A program made the position numbers and the translations under genes. From Klebsormidium nitens (Eukaryota > Plantae > Klebsormidiophyceae), in the NCBI GenBank assembly GCA_000708835.1, contig DF237079.1, positions 1-64,000 on the forward strand: a stretch of 64,000 nucleotides of DNA, written 5' to 3'. Within the stretch, counting starts at the first letter, position 1. Each line of letters opens with the position of its first letter. Below the pieces are notes generated by a model. It searched no databases, was not told the DNA's origin, and saw only the letters and a program-made list of their open reading frames with translations. Shown here piece after piece: positions 34,239-47,147 of this stretch.

Positions 34239-37200
34239 ATGGCGACCATGTACAAGGCCTTTGAGTTTCCTGGCCCTCACAAAAAGCTTGAGGCGACGGA
34301 GCGGAAGCTGGAAGAACCTGGACCAGGACAAGTTAGGATCAAGGTGAGGGCCCGAAAGAAACTCATTGGACTTAAGATATCAATTAGACATTAGAAGAAC
34401 TAGCATGGCAGATTGCTCAGCTTTGATTCTTCTTTCTATATGCGCATGGTGGTTATTTCAGAAGTGGGCTTCTTTTAAACTGGTTGTGATGCTTTTGACT
34501 CCCAGAGCAGGTTGCAGACCTGGGGGTAAGCTTTTAGTTGACCAACCGCAAAACGTGGGGCAGAGTGATGGTAGTTATGTCAACGAAGATGCAGATTCAG
34601 AGGTTCGATGTTATCATTGTGCCAGGAACTCTTAAATAATCCCAGGGCAAACTTGCTGACCTGATGAAAAGGACGCAGGTTGGAAACTATTGGAGATTGT
34701 GGGGGTGAAAGGCTGGAGGGGTCGAGGGGAGTGAGGGAGGAGGGGAGGGGATGCCTTAACAGGGAAGGCGCATGGGGAGTGCGCATAGGGGGGGAGATTG
34801 GGAAGGAGGAGGGCGGGGGGCGCTCTAGAAAGAGCGCACAATGGGCCGCTTGAGGTTGTGTCTGTCAACCGTATCCATGCTGGGTTCTTAGGGCTCTTCT
34901 GGCGAGCTCGGATGGTGGAAATATGTAAACAAGCTGTTCTGGACAGCTTTGCTGTGAAAGTGCAGAATTTGATCTTGATGTCAGCTTTGAGACTGTTTCT
35001 TGTCCTCCGCAAAGTAAAGCTTCATTTACCGCCGCCCCCTTTTCTTAGTGACCTCTTTCAATCGCACGTTTCTTAGAACACCTTCTCGCAACAAACTTCT
35101 TTGTCCTCGCCTCTTCCAGGTCAAGGCCTGCGGCGCCTGCCATGGCGAAATCGTGGGTTTCCTCGGCATGGCTTCCGCCTACCCCCGCATCCCTGGCCAT
35201 GAAATCGCAGGCATTGTCGACGCAGTTGGGGAGGGCGTGACGCGCTTCAAGCCCGGCGACAGGGCGGGGGTGGGCTGGTTTGGGAAGCAGTGCTTTGAAT
35301 GCAAGCCCTGCCGGGGGGGTGACTTCATTTTGTGCAACAAGCACGAGACGATTGGGCTGCAGTATGACGGGGGGTATGCTGAGTATGCGACGGTGCCTCA
35401 GGAATCGATGGCGAAGATCCCGGACGGGATGGACTTCAAACAGGCGGGGCCGCTCATGTGCGCAGGTAGGAAGACTCAAACGAAGTTCTCTTGCCTTACA
35501 TATGGGTTGCCTTGACGTTTCTCGTTCCACTTTTTGTGAGTCACAGCTTTTCGTCTCTGGGTTCTCTGGTTTCATCTCGCATCATTCTACTTCTTTGCGC
35601 CTCTTCTGCCTCGGCCGCAATTTGTTTGCCTGTTGCCTTCCAGCGGTGTCTGCGCTGGTTTGCAAACATCTGCATGTCTGCATTAAGCACACTTGGCTCC
35701 GTCGAACAGGTCTTGTCCACTGCGGTTTGTAAAGGCCCAAAACATGACCATACTTAGAATGCGCCTGTGCGCACTTATGATGGACTTTTCTTGACTTTTC
35801 TGCCATGCTCTTGCATGCGAGGCGTTTGTTCGTCCTTCCCCTTACGATCAATTTAGCCCTCAGCTCTTCCTCTCATGCCTTGCAAAGTGAGCCCCTTGGT
35901 TGAGCTCCTCCTCTTCCGTTTCCTATCCAGGCTTGACAGTCTACAACTCACTGCGGCACACCAAAGCCGTGGCCGGAGACGTTGTGGTTGTACAAGGCAC
36001 CGGGGGCTTGGGCCATCTGGGTATCCAGTTCGCAAACAAAATGGTGGGTGCACGATAGTCTGCGTTTCCGCCGTTGGTTGTCCGGTCCCTAAATCTAGGT
36101 CCGCTTTTCGCTAAGCTTCCGCCAGGTCTGCCGGCTCTCTTCGACGACCATTCAGCCCGTTTCCAAGACCTGCTCTCATACCTTTGAGGGGACTTCCCAC
36201 TTCAGTTGCCTTCTCAAATCAGAATCAATACAGGATCTTTGGTGCATTCAATGTGCTGGATGCTCTCCTTGCCGTTGACAAGTTTCCAGAGACAGACTGG
36301 TTCCCGGTCAAAGGAACCTTCATCCGATCTAAGATAAAACCCTCATATCACATCTGGCTAAAGTTGCCTTCCTAACTCTTTGCTTACAAACCGTTGCCGT
36401 CTCTGGTCAGGGCTTCCACACAGTAGCCGTCTCGCGAGGGCAGGAGAAGAAGGAGGGGGCGCTCAAACTTGGCGCCCACAAGTACGTTGATGTCACCACC
36501 GAGGACCCGGTCAAGGAGATCCAGGTACGCCTGCGCACGGCCAAGATTTGATCGCTTTTAGATGTCAAACCGATGTTTCTACACGTTTCTGGGACTTCCT
36601 CGCACTCGGCTGTTTTTCGGGCCGAAGTTGGGTTGCTCTTTCTGTGTAAGCGGCCCTCAGGCGCCGGTTCCGTTTTGCTAAGCTTGAGACCGTTCGGCGC
36701 ACTTTTCAAAATCCTCAGCCCGGACCTCAGACGGGGTTACTGCTTACGTCATCAATTGCGGAGCCGTTTCGGACCTCGGTCGGGATGCTCCCAAGAAGGC
36801 TTCTGCAACTTATACGGCTCTCAGCTTCAGACGGGTCCTTTGACAGATGTCATCCGAGGACTGAGAGCAGACGGCAAAGCGGGGCACCGACGACTCCGAG
36901 CACGGTTCTTTTTGCGTAGCTGTCGAAACAAAGCACGCACGCGGTTGAGGCACTCTAACGTCATTCTTTGCCTGACGTCACCATCTCTCCCGGTCCCAGG
37001 CCCTGGGCGGTGCCAAGGTCATTCTGAGCACGGTGACTGACATGGCGGCTATGTCGTCTATCGTTCCGTGCCTCGGCAAGAACGGGTGCCTGCTGGTCCT
37101 CGGCGTCGGGCAGGGGAAACTCGAGGTGGATCCCATGGTCCTGATCTCGAACAAAGCTACCATCCAAGGGTGAGGATGCTCTTGGAAGGATGAGAATTGC

Positions 37201-38204
37201 CGTCCAACCCCAGCTTTTCTCAAAGGCTGTATAGATAAACATTTCCCAGCATAAGGTTTTCTGTTTGATCTCGAAAAAGTGCCGCTCATTCTCCTGTCTA
37301 CTTTCTGTTTCGTTCGTTCTTTTTATACGCAAAACCTGTCTGCTTCAATGAAGCGGTTCTCCGCACTTGCTGCTGAGTTGATTAAGACATTGTACAGTAA
37401 TTTCGAAGTTGCTCGAGAAAGACACGGCGCAATGCCGTTTCTGAATTCCGAGTTGTCATGTAATGGTTGCCGTCCAATCCGGCCCCAGTCCTTGTGCGTA
37501 GGAAAACTCTGTGCGTGACAAGACACAGGAGATAACCCATTCGCTGCTGGAGTCGCAATGAGGCTCACTCCCGACGTATTCTTGGCATAGACGGGAAAGC
37601 TTCAGGAAAGACGTCATTCTCCACACTCAGATCTTTTTACTGCTTTGCGTACTGGGCCCATTTTGGGGGCAGGCTGGAAGCCTAGTTCCAACCAGCACTA
37701 ATCAGGACCGTCCGATGGTCTGCCAGGTGGGCGTCCGGCACACCGTCTGACAGCGAAGACACGATGAACTTTGCTCAGCTGGCTGGGATCACGTCCGTAA
37801 ACGAGGTCTTCCCCGCTTCCAAGGTGAGCGTTTGGACGCGAAACCCCAACAGCTGTAGACGCGTAGTCTGCGTTGGCCTGCTTCTTACTGTCACGTTCAA
37901 ACGACGTAGACGCGCCAGTCAAAGCAGTTAACCACATACCTCGCAGCTGTTTCAATATCCGCTGTAGAGCCAAGTTGAAGGGCAACCAATGATCAGACAG
38001 TGGGGTGATCTGATTGCCGTAGCAGTGCCAGTTAAGGCTTCTTTATAATCATTACACCGTACATTTTTGTGTAGGCCCGAGATGAATGGCAGCCACTGAC
38101 CAATCTATGGATGTTGATTGCAGGCCTTGGAGGCGTACGAGCGTATGATGAGCGGCCGGGCACACTTCCGGGTTGTGCTGGACTGGGAAGCCGAGGAGAA
38201 ATAG
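34239..38204 (+). CDS. Zn-dependent alcohol dehydrogenase (MDR family, CAD-like/AdhP-like), paralog 1, 7 exons, ~341 aa
   Basis: Exons 34239-34343, 35120-35465, 35931-36043, 36411-36524, 37000-37169, 37727-37823, 38124-38204. Motifs CGACHGE, PRIPGHEIAG, structural-Zn CFECKPCRGGDFILC, PLMCAG, QGTGGLGHLG, WASGTPSDSEDTMNF, AYERMMSGRAHFRVVL. Confidence 0.93.
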
Positions 38205-40056
38205 GTGCTTGAGAGGAATACAGGGCATGTTTATGCGGACAAGCATCTACAGTGGCCCAGGATTTTGCACGCAGAGACAAGATTGCGCGTTTCACTGAGC
38301 GTTAGTTGTATTATTCAGCCCTCTTCAGGTTGATCAAGTGGCAAGTCATTTAATGTGAGGCCCTCTTGGTTGGTTCTCAATTGTTGCAGGTTGTGTAGAT
38401 TCAAAGGAAATCGAGTACAGTACACGCAGAACTGGTTGGTTATCTGACGCATGGCATTTGAATACAAAGATGCTTTCGTTTGACTTGGCTGGAAGTGACC
38501 TGCCGTTGCGTTTAAGTTGAGGCTTCCTAATTTGAAGGCTGTATGTTCATGCACAGTGTCTTGGTCTTGGCATACAACCTTTTTAGCTCAAACCTAAGAA
38601 CTTGCAGCTAGATTGCCATCTTTTCTCCTAAGTTGCATGTAAACAGATTCATGAAGTATTTGATTAAACAACATGCTTGAATCGAACCCGTCGAAGTTTG
38701 GAATGGCACTGTGGGCGCCGCAGTTGAGGGACGCATGTGACCCGGTGTAATATGTCGCATCGGCTCCATCATGGTTGACCGCATGCGAAATCGATTGATG
38801 AATGGTTTCATTTCACAACCGACCGTTTTACCGATATGTGTAAAGAAGATATCGGTAAGTAGGGTTTTCGAGTGCTAGAAGCAGCCCTCTGAAAGAATCA
38901 AAGCGGACAACACAACCTAGGCATATGAGATATCGTAGACGTGCCAATGGCCATGTTCCGCATAAGAGTTCTCACTTACTAAATTAGGATCCCGAGAAGG
39001 ATCGTCTCATTGGTTCACATGTCACTAGTCTAGACTCTGGAGACTGGGAGGGAGGTCCGAGGCCCCCATCTCACCCGACCGCAGTGTTGGCCACCCGGGC
39101 GGCCCCTGGCCAGCCGCTGGCCCTGAAAGTGTCCCCCGGGTCCCTCCGAGTCCGGGCGGGTCCTTATAGGTGCACCGGGTGGTGCATGACGTCAGCTTTC
39201 AAAAGCGAAGAGTCTGGACTCAGATTCGGAGGAGGCGGCCGCCGCCGCGCACCAGCCAGACTTTAAGTTTCAATGCCGGACCTTGCCATGGCAAAGGCTT
39301 CATGCATGAGATTCTGAGATTATCAGGCGAGGTGCTTGCGACTCCCTCCACATTCCACATTAAGTTTTCTCGATTGCACAAGAGCACAGGGTTTTGCACA
39401 ATTTAGCATCCTGAGCGATCCAGGTGAGGATTTCCTTGCAGGCTCAGCGGTGATCCGGTGTTTTGTTGCACTTTTTGTTCTGTGCATGCATTGTAATTGG
39501 TTGAGCATATGGCCAGCACATTGTCCCATCCTTGTCCCCGTTTAGCAGCCAGTGGGTGTCATCACAGGGGGGGTTTGAATTGCCTGAGATGCTGACAGTT
39601 GTTAGCATTGATTATCAAGTTTTACGTGGTACTTCCAGCATTGACTGTGAAATCTCATTATGTTCCTTTACTTGCTCTGGTAGCTCTTATTGGAGCTGTG
39701 AATCTGGATATTTCAGGATACACTTATTTCATCCAGCATTCTGGAGCAACTGGCATACACTCTTCTGTTCTTGCTTGCTCAACTTGCCCCTGGGTCTGAA
39801 ATTTACAAGTTGGAATTGACGACCAATTCGCATTGCTGCAGATTACATTCTACTGTTGGGAAACAGAAGAAGTGTGTGGTTTTCAGCTTTTCTGTCCATG
39901 TGGAATGAGCCATCACTAGATCGAAGATCACATTTCAAATGAGGTCAAGCAGTCTTTCCCCCTGCTGCTAATCTCGAGATTGACTTCGAGCTCAAACGTA
40001 GGTGCGACTTGTGCAGTTCAAGACCCTGCTGATTGATATCAAAGTACAGATCCACC

Positions 40057-43000
40057 ATGGCGACCTACAAGGCCTTTGAGATTCCTGAGCCGAAGAAGGA
40101 CCTCAAGGCCACAGAGCGGAAGATCGAGGAGCCGGCTGCCGGGCAGATCAGGATCAAGGTACGCCCCAAATCTCAATCTTATCTGGATTCTGATGTCAAT
40201 GTAGAGGACTGTTGACAATGTTATGCCGTACAATGCATCTGCAAATTGCCCCTTGGGTCAGAGTGGCTCTGGAAGAATTACATGTCCACTGCCTGTTCGC
40301 TGCCTATTCATGGATGTGCGCCATGTGTTGCCCTTTCAACAGCAGCCTTCAAAGTAGTGTACTAAGAGCGAGTATCAGTCATTCTGGAGTTTGACTTCTG
40401 AACTTAGCCCAGGCATAAGTTGCAAGCCTTCCCTTGTCTCAGGATCAATGCCCATACCCACAATGCCCATGAGAGCTGAAAAAATGTTCCTTTTTTTTTT
40501 GCCCCTACCCATAACACCCGCTGTAATGAATTATAAACAGAACTAAAGGAATCATAGATATGTGTGCTTCGTATGTAAATTCATTTGAGGTCGTTTCCAA
40601 AGAGGAGACAAAACTCCTGAAATGATCAGCTCCCCCACTCCCCCATTTCTGGAACTGCTTTTCAGTCAGAATACAGAACAAAGGATGATTCGAACTCGCG
40701 TTTTCTTTCTTTTGGCGCGGATAAGCCCTACTCAGTTCCAAGCAACAATGGAAACAGATTGGAGACTCTTTTCTGGTCCTTCAGACACCAGACTCACTCG
40801 GCGTTCTGCATTTCAGGTGAAGGCCTTGGGTTTGTGTCACTCTGACGTCATGGTCCAGGGTGGCATGGCATCAAGCTACCCCCGCATCCCAGGACACGAA
40901 ATCGCTGGCATTGTTGACGCCGTCGGATCCGGTGTGACTCGCTTTAAGACTGGGGACCACGTTGGTGTCGGCTGGCACGGAAAGCACTGCTCCGAGTGCC
41001 GGCCCTGCCGGCAAGGAGACTTCATCTGCTGCGACAACTACCAGATTACGGCGCTTGCGTTTGACGGGGGGTACGGGGAGTACGTAAACGTCCCCATCGA
41101 ATCGGTGGCAAAGATTCCTGAGGGAATGGACTTCAAGGAGGCGGCACCACTGATGTGCGCGGGTGAGGGTCGCCACGTTCTGATATCAAAGCCAATCCTT
41201 CGAGGGTTTTGATCTGATTCTTAGGGAATCCTTGGGTTTTGCCCCTTCTCTTATCCAGGTTACTTTGTGATGGGGCCACGGGTTTGTGTAGATTCAGAGC
41301 CTTCCGGTTGCCGGAGAAAACAACCGACTGAGTGCTCGAAGTTCGCTTTGGAGTGAAGTGTCTTCGAGTCGTACTTCTTCGAAGCGAAGTAGGATTCCGG
41401 CATCTTACCTTCCAGTCCATAGACCTTGGTATAGGGTTCGATGTATCGAATCGGGCAGCTCCTCATGCTCGTCCACAGATTCCGGCCTTCCAGCTGGCTA
41501 CGTGCAAAAAGTTCGAGAATTAGGGAGCAGATTTGTTACGATATCTGGCATATGGATTTGGCCGCCAGTAAGCGAAACTCATTCTCTCAATATTCGGCCT
41601 CGTGTAAACCCACAGCAATCATGGTTATGAGGACCTCATCTGAAAATTTTGCTTGTTGAGATGATCAGCGGCTTACAACCATTTTCCCGTTCAGGTCAAA
41701 CTCAATACTAATGTGCTTCGAAGTACTGGTTGCTATAGCTCACAGCAGGGAGGTGCGGAACGGACGAAGACTGTGTGTTGACCAAACCGCTGAAATCTCG
41801 CGGGCCTATTCAGCAACTGTGAAGGGAGACGCGACCCTTAACAAACGGCTCTCGATGCTCGGTTCTCAGGTGTGACAGTCTACAACGGTCTGCGCCACAC
41901 TAAGACCGTTGCCGGTGACGTCGTAGCAATTCAAGGCACCGGAGGGCTGGGCCATCTTGGCATCCAGTTCGCAAACAAGATGGTGAGCCGTTGTCTTTGG
42001 CGTTTGCTTTGATTTCTTTGCATATCTGCAATTGAGCGTGCCGCACTTGTGTAGGCTGTTTGAAATATCGCTCCTAATCTGCAATTAATCAAGTAGATTT
42101 TCTTGAAACGTAGTGCCTGGTTGGCGGCTGAAGCAGACCCTATTCTGATCTACCATCCGACCCGCTGTCGCTGCCGGATCTGAAGCGTTCAAGGCCAACT
42201 TGGCACTCGACAAAAGCTGCGTCGAACAATCTTCAAAGCACAGTGGCCAAATAAGGCATTGGTCATTCACCCGTCCGTCCCACGTGAACGGCTTGTTTAC
42301 ATTGTACCCAGGCTTTGATGTGATGCTCGTTTGAAAAAGGTTCGACACGCTCGAGTAAAGTAATGTCTGAGTTTCGGACAATGTAGCCGGTCGGGAAAGG
42401 TGGGGGAGGGGGGGGCTGGACGAAGGGGGACGAGGAGGGGGGAAGAGAGGGGAGGGAGGGCTGAGGCGAAGGTAGGACCAAACGCCTTTGGTTCAAAGAC
42501 TCTCGCCTGTGCCGGCTACTGAGTCTTTCTTGGGATATTCAGTCTAAGAGGTTCGTCTACCTTACGGACCAGATTTGTAAACCGAAGCGGGAAGCTGTGC
42601 ACCGACACACACGATTGCTGTCACAAGTTTCTAGTATGGATTCAAAACATTCGGGTTGGAACTTATTCAACGAAAGGCGAAGTTTGTGGGCCGGTTCCTC
42701 TCATTTCAGGGCCCAAACAATCAGTTGACATCTGCTCGGAGTAGGCAGCCAACACAGCCGGGCCCTGGTTGAGAGACGAAGTTGCGAGCTGTACCCGTTG
42801 ACAAGTTATACAAACCTTGCGTATTGTGGGACGTGCGTAGTGTAGGACGCGCCATCAGGCTAAGGACAGGCTCTTACATGCTTGTGAGACCCTCCTATAC
42901 CTCTGCGGTTCCCAAGCTAAAGTCCAAAGAACCAGCATTTGCGTCAATGCACGCCGGACGTTCTGCTGAAAGAATGCTACGCAGTGCAGTAGCTCATATA

Positions 43001-45763
43001 CTCGATTCTATTCTTTTCTCCTTTAGGGCTTCCACACGGTCGCCATTTCGCGGGGCCAGGAGAAGAAGGAGGAGGCGCTCAAGCTCGGTGCCCACAAGTA
43101 CATTGACACCACCTCCGAGGATCCGGCCAAGGAGCTTCAGGTAGGCCAAATTTAGTGTTCCGAGTGGTATCTTAAATGGTCCAGTTCCCTCGGTTTTCTT
43201 GCTTGGATAACTTTCCTTCGAAGGTATGTGGATTCTGAGTCTAGAATTTGGTAGAGACGGGTCGAGGCAGGGTTTACGCTTTGCTTGGAGAAAGTAGGGT
43301 GTCAGTCGGCCAGCTGCTTAATGTTCAAAGCGTTAGTTGGTTTGTCGAAGTTCTATCCACAGCGTAGTAACTGAAACGCCCTTAGTCAAGATTGCTCGCA
43401 GCCCCTCAAATGCCAATCCCTTTATCCTTGAAACGCCATAATGAGGCCCCGAAAAGCCTGCAGAGTAGCCCAGTAAATCTGAATATCCCCGATCCTCTAA
43501 ACAATTGTTCGAGGTAAATATTGGCAAGCTTTCGGCCGCACGCCGTTGTTCCGTTGCCAGACTCTTTGTGGTTAGCTGGCCTTTAGCCGGTAAAACAAAG
43601 AAGTTGTGCTTTTTGAGTCGCTGCCATGCCACATGGTTTGACGCCCTTACTAAAGCAGATCTTTGGTGAAGTCAAGGTGGTCACTTCCACCTTTACCAAC
43701 AGCAACCCGCAACCCAGTAATCTCCTCTCCTCTCTTTGTCCGTTGGAAACGACGTCTCATTTCTTCATTGCTACTACCGTTACCTCTTTCTTTTGAGTAA
43801 TCCACTACTCGCTGCACTCTTCTCCTCATTCCAAAAGCGTAGCGTGCCTCACCGGAACTCCATCACTTGATCACATTTCCGTTGCCTGACCGGAACTCCG
43901 TTCCCTTACCTTAACTCGTTGTCTGACCGAAGACTCGTTGCCTGACCGGAATTCCGTCGCCTGACCGGAACTTCGTTAATCTGACCGGAACTCCGTCACC
44001 TGACCGGAACTCCGTCACCTGACCGGACAATTGTTGCCCGACATGGATTCAGTAAATGAAAGACTTCCGTTGCCTGACCGGAATGCCGTTGCTTCCTACA
44101 GGCCCTCGGGGGTGCCAAGGTGGTCCTTTCTATGGTGATCAATCCGGCGGCCATGTCGTCCATGATTCCGTTGCGTGCCTGACCGGAATTCCGTTTGCTT
44201 TTCCAGGCCCTCGGGGGCGCCAAGGTGGTCCTTTCTACAGTGACCAATCCGGCGGCCATGTCGTCCATGATTCCGTGCCTCGGCAAGAACGGAACACTGG
44301 TCGTCATCGGAGTAGGGGAAGGCGAAATTTCCACCAGCGCCGCACCGCTGATCATGGGCAAGCTCAACATCCAGGGGTGAGCCCGCGCCTGATGTTTGGC
44401 TGACGTCACCCTTACTACCTGCCGTTTGGCTGACGTCCCCCTTAGTACGACCTGCCGAAAAGCGCGACGTAATTGGCCCCTCTTCGCAGCCTTTCTGGCA
44501 ATTGGATAATACAAACATTGCATGGGTGCGATGCTTGTGGATCAGGTCTAGATGTTTTGCCAGTGCTTTAGCTTGCTGGGACGGCGCTCCATACGTCCCT
44601 CCCCATTGAAAACTTTGTCCAAGTCCCTGTTCTGGGGATCCAAGCCGTTTCGGAAAACCTTTTGATTTTTGTGTAACCGTTGACTGCTCAGCATATTCTT
44701 TTTCAGGGAAGTACCGTTGTTCGTTATTGAATACCTCGCTGACTGAGTCTGCTTTCGCATCTGGCTCGCGTCAAAGCGGAAGAAGCCAACTCTCCTGGAA
44801 GTGGGCATTTATCGGCCGCATTTGCAAAGCACACACAGCGTGCAGATTGCTGCGAGGTTCAGACGACCACGCGCTCAAGAAAAAGCAACAAAAAAGCTGA
44901 ATTGCCTGCCGTACATCGGCCACCAAAATTCGATCCCCCGGTTTCCACTTGAAACGGCGTGTAGCCTCGCGGTTTCGCGGCCGTACCTGTGCAACAAATC
45001 CTGCTTTAGTGTCGCCAAAGATCTTGCTTACATGGTATTGCGTTTAGCGACTCGAAACACTGGCATACGGGCCATCTGGCCACCGCATCACGGGTCACAC
45101 GACCCCCCCTTCAGTACAAAGACATTATCGCTCTTCGCAAACCCCAAAATGATTCAAATAAGGTTTGCACATCCTGCTCAGGTGGGCGTCCGGGACCCCG
45201 TCCGATAGCGAAGACACCATGAACTTCGCGCAATTGTCCGGTGTCAAGTCGCTCAACGAAGTCTTCCCCGTATCGAAGGTGAGTGCTCCGGTCGCCTTTG
45301 GCTGTCTCTACCCTTGCGCTTATGGACCAGACATTTTCGGGTTGATCGATCTCTCAGGTACCTGCAGTGCAGCGTCCACCTGGTGGTCGACTAATATTCC
45401 TCTAAGCTCGTGACTGCAAAGAAGCGTGTCTTTTTCAGATCGTTGAGATGGGCCAGGAAACGCGTCCTACAGCTTGAAGTTTGTGCTCAGCGAAAAATGA
45501 GATGCTATCTTTGGTGCTGACCGGATTTTTTGCTCTTACCCTCATCGTGGCTCGAATAAACTTCAACCAAGTGTCTTCCCGGATATCACGAAGAGTGCGG
45601 ACATCGATCGAACGACAATGAGCAGGGTTGTAGGTCGTGAAAACATCGATGGGGCAAGAAAATATTCATGCACTTGTCCGTTTTGCAGATGGACGAGGCT
45701 TACAAGCGCATGTTGAGTGGGAAGGCGCACTTCCGTGTTGTTGTCGACTGGGATGCGAAGTAA
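40057..45763 (+). CDS. Zn-dependent alcohol dehydrogenase (MDR family, CAD-like/AdhP-like), paralog 2, 7 exons, ~338 aa
   Basis: Exons 40057-40158, 40817-41162, 41870-41982, 43027-43140, 44207-44376, 45182-45278, 45689-45763. Intron positions and phases are identical to paralog 1. Motifs GLCHSD, PGHEIAG, CSECRPCRQGDFICC, QGTGGLG. Confidence 0.93.
43845..44200 (+). repeat. ~19-bp minisatellite in ADH paralog 2 intron 4
   Basis: About 10 variant copies of (t)cacctgaccggaactccg / tgcctgaccggaa. Confidence 0.9.
44090..44180 (+). repeat. Upstream duplicate of the ADH paralog 2 exon-5 acceptor plus 5' half
   Basis: ctacag|gccctcgggggtgccaaggtggtcctttct...atgattccg at 44095-44170 versus the real exon at 44207; in-frame TGA shortly after. 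Confidence 0.9.
44395..44460 (+). repeat. ~30-bp direct repeat x2 in ADH paralog 2 intron 5
   Basis: tttggctgacgtcacccttactacctgccg followed by tttggctgacgtccccttagtacgacctgccg. Confidence 0.8.
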
Positions 45764-47147
45764 GAGCGATGAGTTGTCCAGAGACATTGCACGCTTCGGA
45801 TTTTCGGCAACGACGAAGTGTATAAACTTCCGAAGCAGCTATATATACGTGCTGCTTTTGGACGAGCAGCTAGTGCGATTGTAAAGTAATAGGTTACCGG
45901 TCTCGCTCTGGTCGACGATTTTTTCAGCCTTCGTGTATTTATTGCTCTTCCTGATGCAAGTTGACAGGAGAGAGGCGACGGCAGTTGTAGTGACACTAGT
46001 TCATTTGTATGGAACATCGCTGATTGATTCAAATGTGAGATTTGATGAACGGTCAATCAAATAAAATTTCCAAGTACGGAGGGCTCAAAGCAAGGCTTGT
46101 ATCAGTAAATTATTCTCACCTCAGGTGGTCCTTTGGGTCATGTATGAGGACTCATCACCAGTGATTGAAGTGTCGGGGTAATTACGAATCTGTCATAGGA
46201 CACAAGGTAAGTCTGCAGGCTGAGGACCGTCAATCCTAACCTAAATCAATCACCATGATATCTGATCGCCTCATGAGGAAGTGGTTGGTGGAAATCTGCG
46301 TATATGAGCGTCCTTAAGTTCCACTCCTTCCGCGGCCAGGCCGGTATAACATGTTGATAAGATATAATTGTCGAGCCCGTTGGTTATTAAGCTTGCGCGC
46401 CACAGCTAGCGAGCCTGCATGGGCGGCCCCTAAAACCGTCCATGGCATCTTGCAGTCACGTGTGAAGTCGGACGCGCACGTTATCTTAACTATCTAGCGC
46501 GGCTGTAGTCACGCATCGAGATCGCATGGGGGGATAGCTAGCTGAGCCGATCGAACTTATTTATAATTGCATTAAAATTGTTTTCGCGGTGTATGCACGG
46601 GCCGCATCGGCTAGCTAGGCCCAACATAACTTTATCCAGCTCTATATCCATTGAACCGACAATCGACATGCAATCATGCAACCGTGATCGAACCAGAAGC
46701 TAGAAAATATGCATGATTGCAACCAAGGTCGATCGTCGGACCAGGATACATTATCGACTATAGAGCTGCCATAGGGGACTCGAGGTCGGAGTGTTTGAGT
46801 ATACCAGAAGAACCGGCCCTGCGGCGTCATCACTGACAGCAAGCTCGTATAGTATGGGCAAGCCCGGGAATCAGAGTACAGCGGCACTCTTCTGTAACTA
46901 TCGATCATCTACAATCAGACCTAGGTCTTGCTTTCTCGTCGGACAGCTATACGTAGATTAACAAGTTGCGACTTTTCAAAAGCTATGGCACCTCCGACCA
47001 CCGTTAGCAACTGCGAGCTTGACAACTGATCAAACAGCTTCGCAGAGGTATCACATAGTCGCGGAGGGGTCTTTATGGCAGACAGCTTCCTTCTGTAAGT
47101 GACTGTACATCACATGCAAGCTAGGGCCCTTGCCCGGTCAGTAGCCT

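Noticed and set aside
39045-39250. GC-rich segment between the ADH genes as a possible structured ncRNA (SRP/7SL-like)
   Set aside because: No match to SRP or other ncRNA motifs I know; more likely the promoter of ADH paralog 2.
43845-44200. CRISPR-like appearance of regularly spaced short repeats
   Set aside because: Units are contiguous with no unique spacers, lie in a eukaryotic intron, and no cas genes are present; this is a minisatellite.
46100-46350. ACTTACCT on the minus strand resembling the U1 snRNA 5' end
   Set aside because: Downstream sequence lacks U1 stem-loops and the Sm site.
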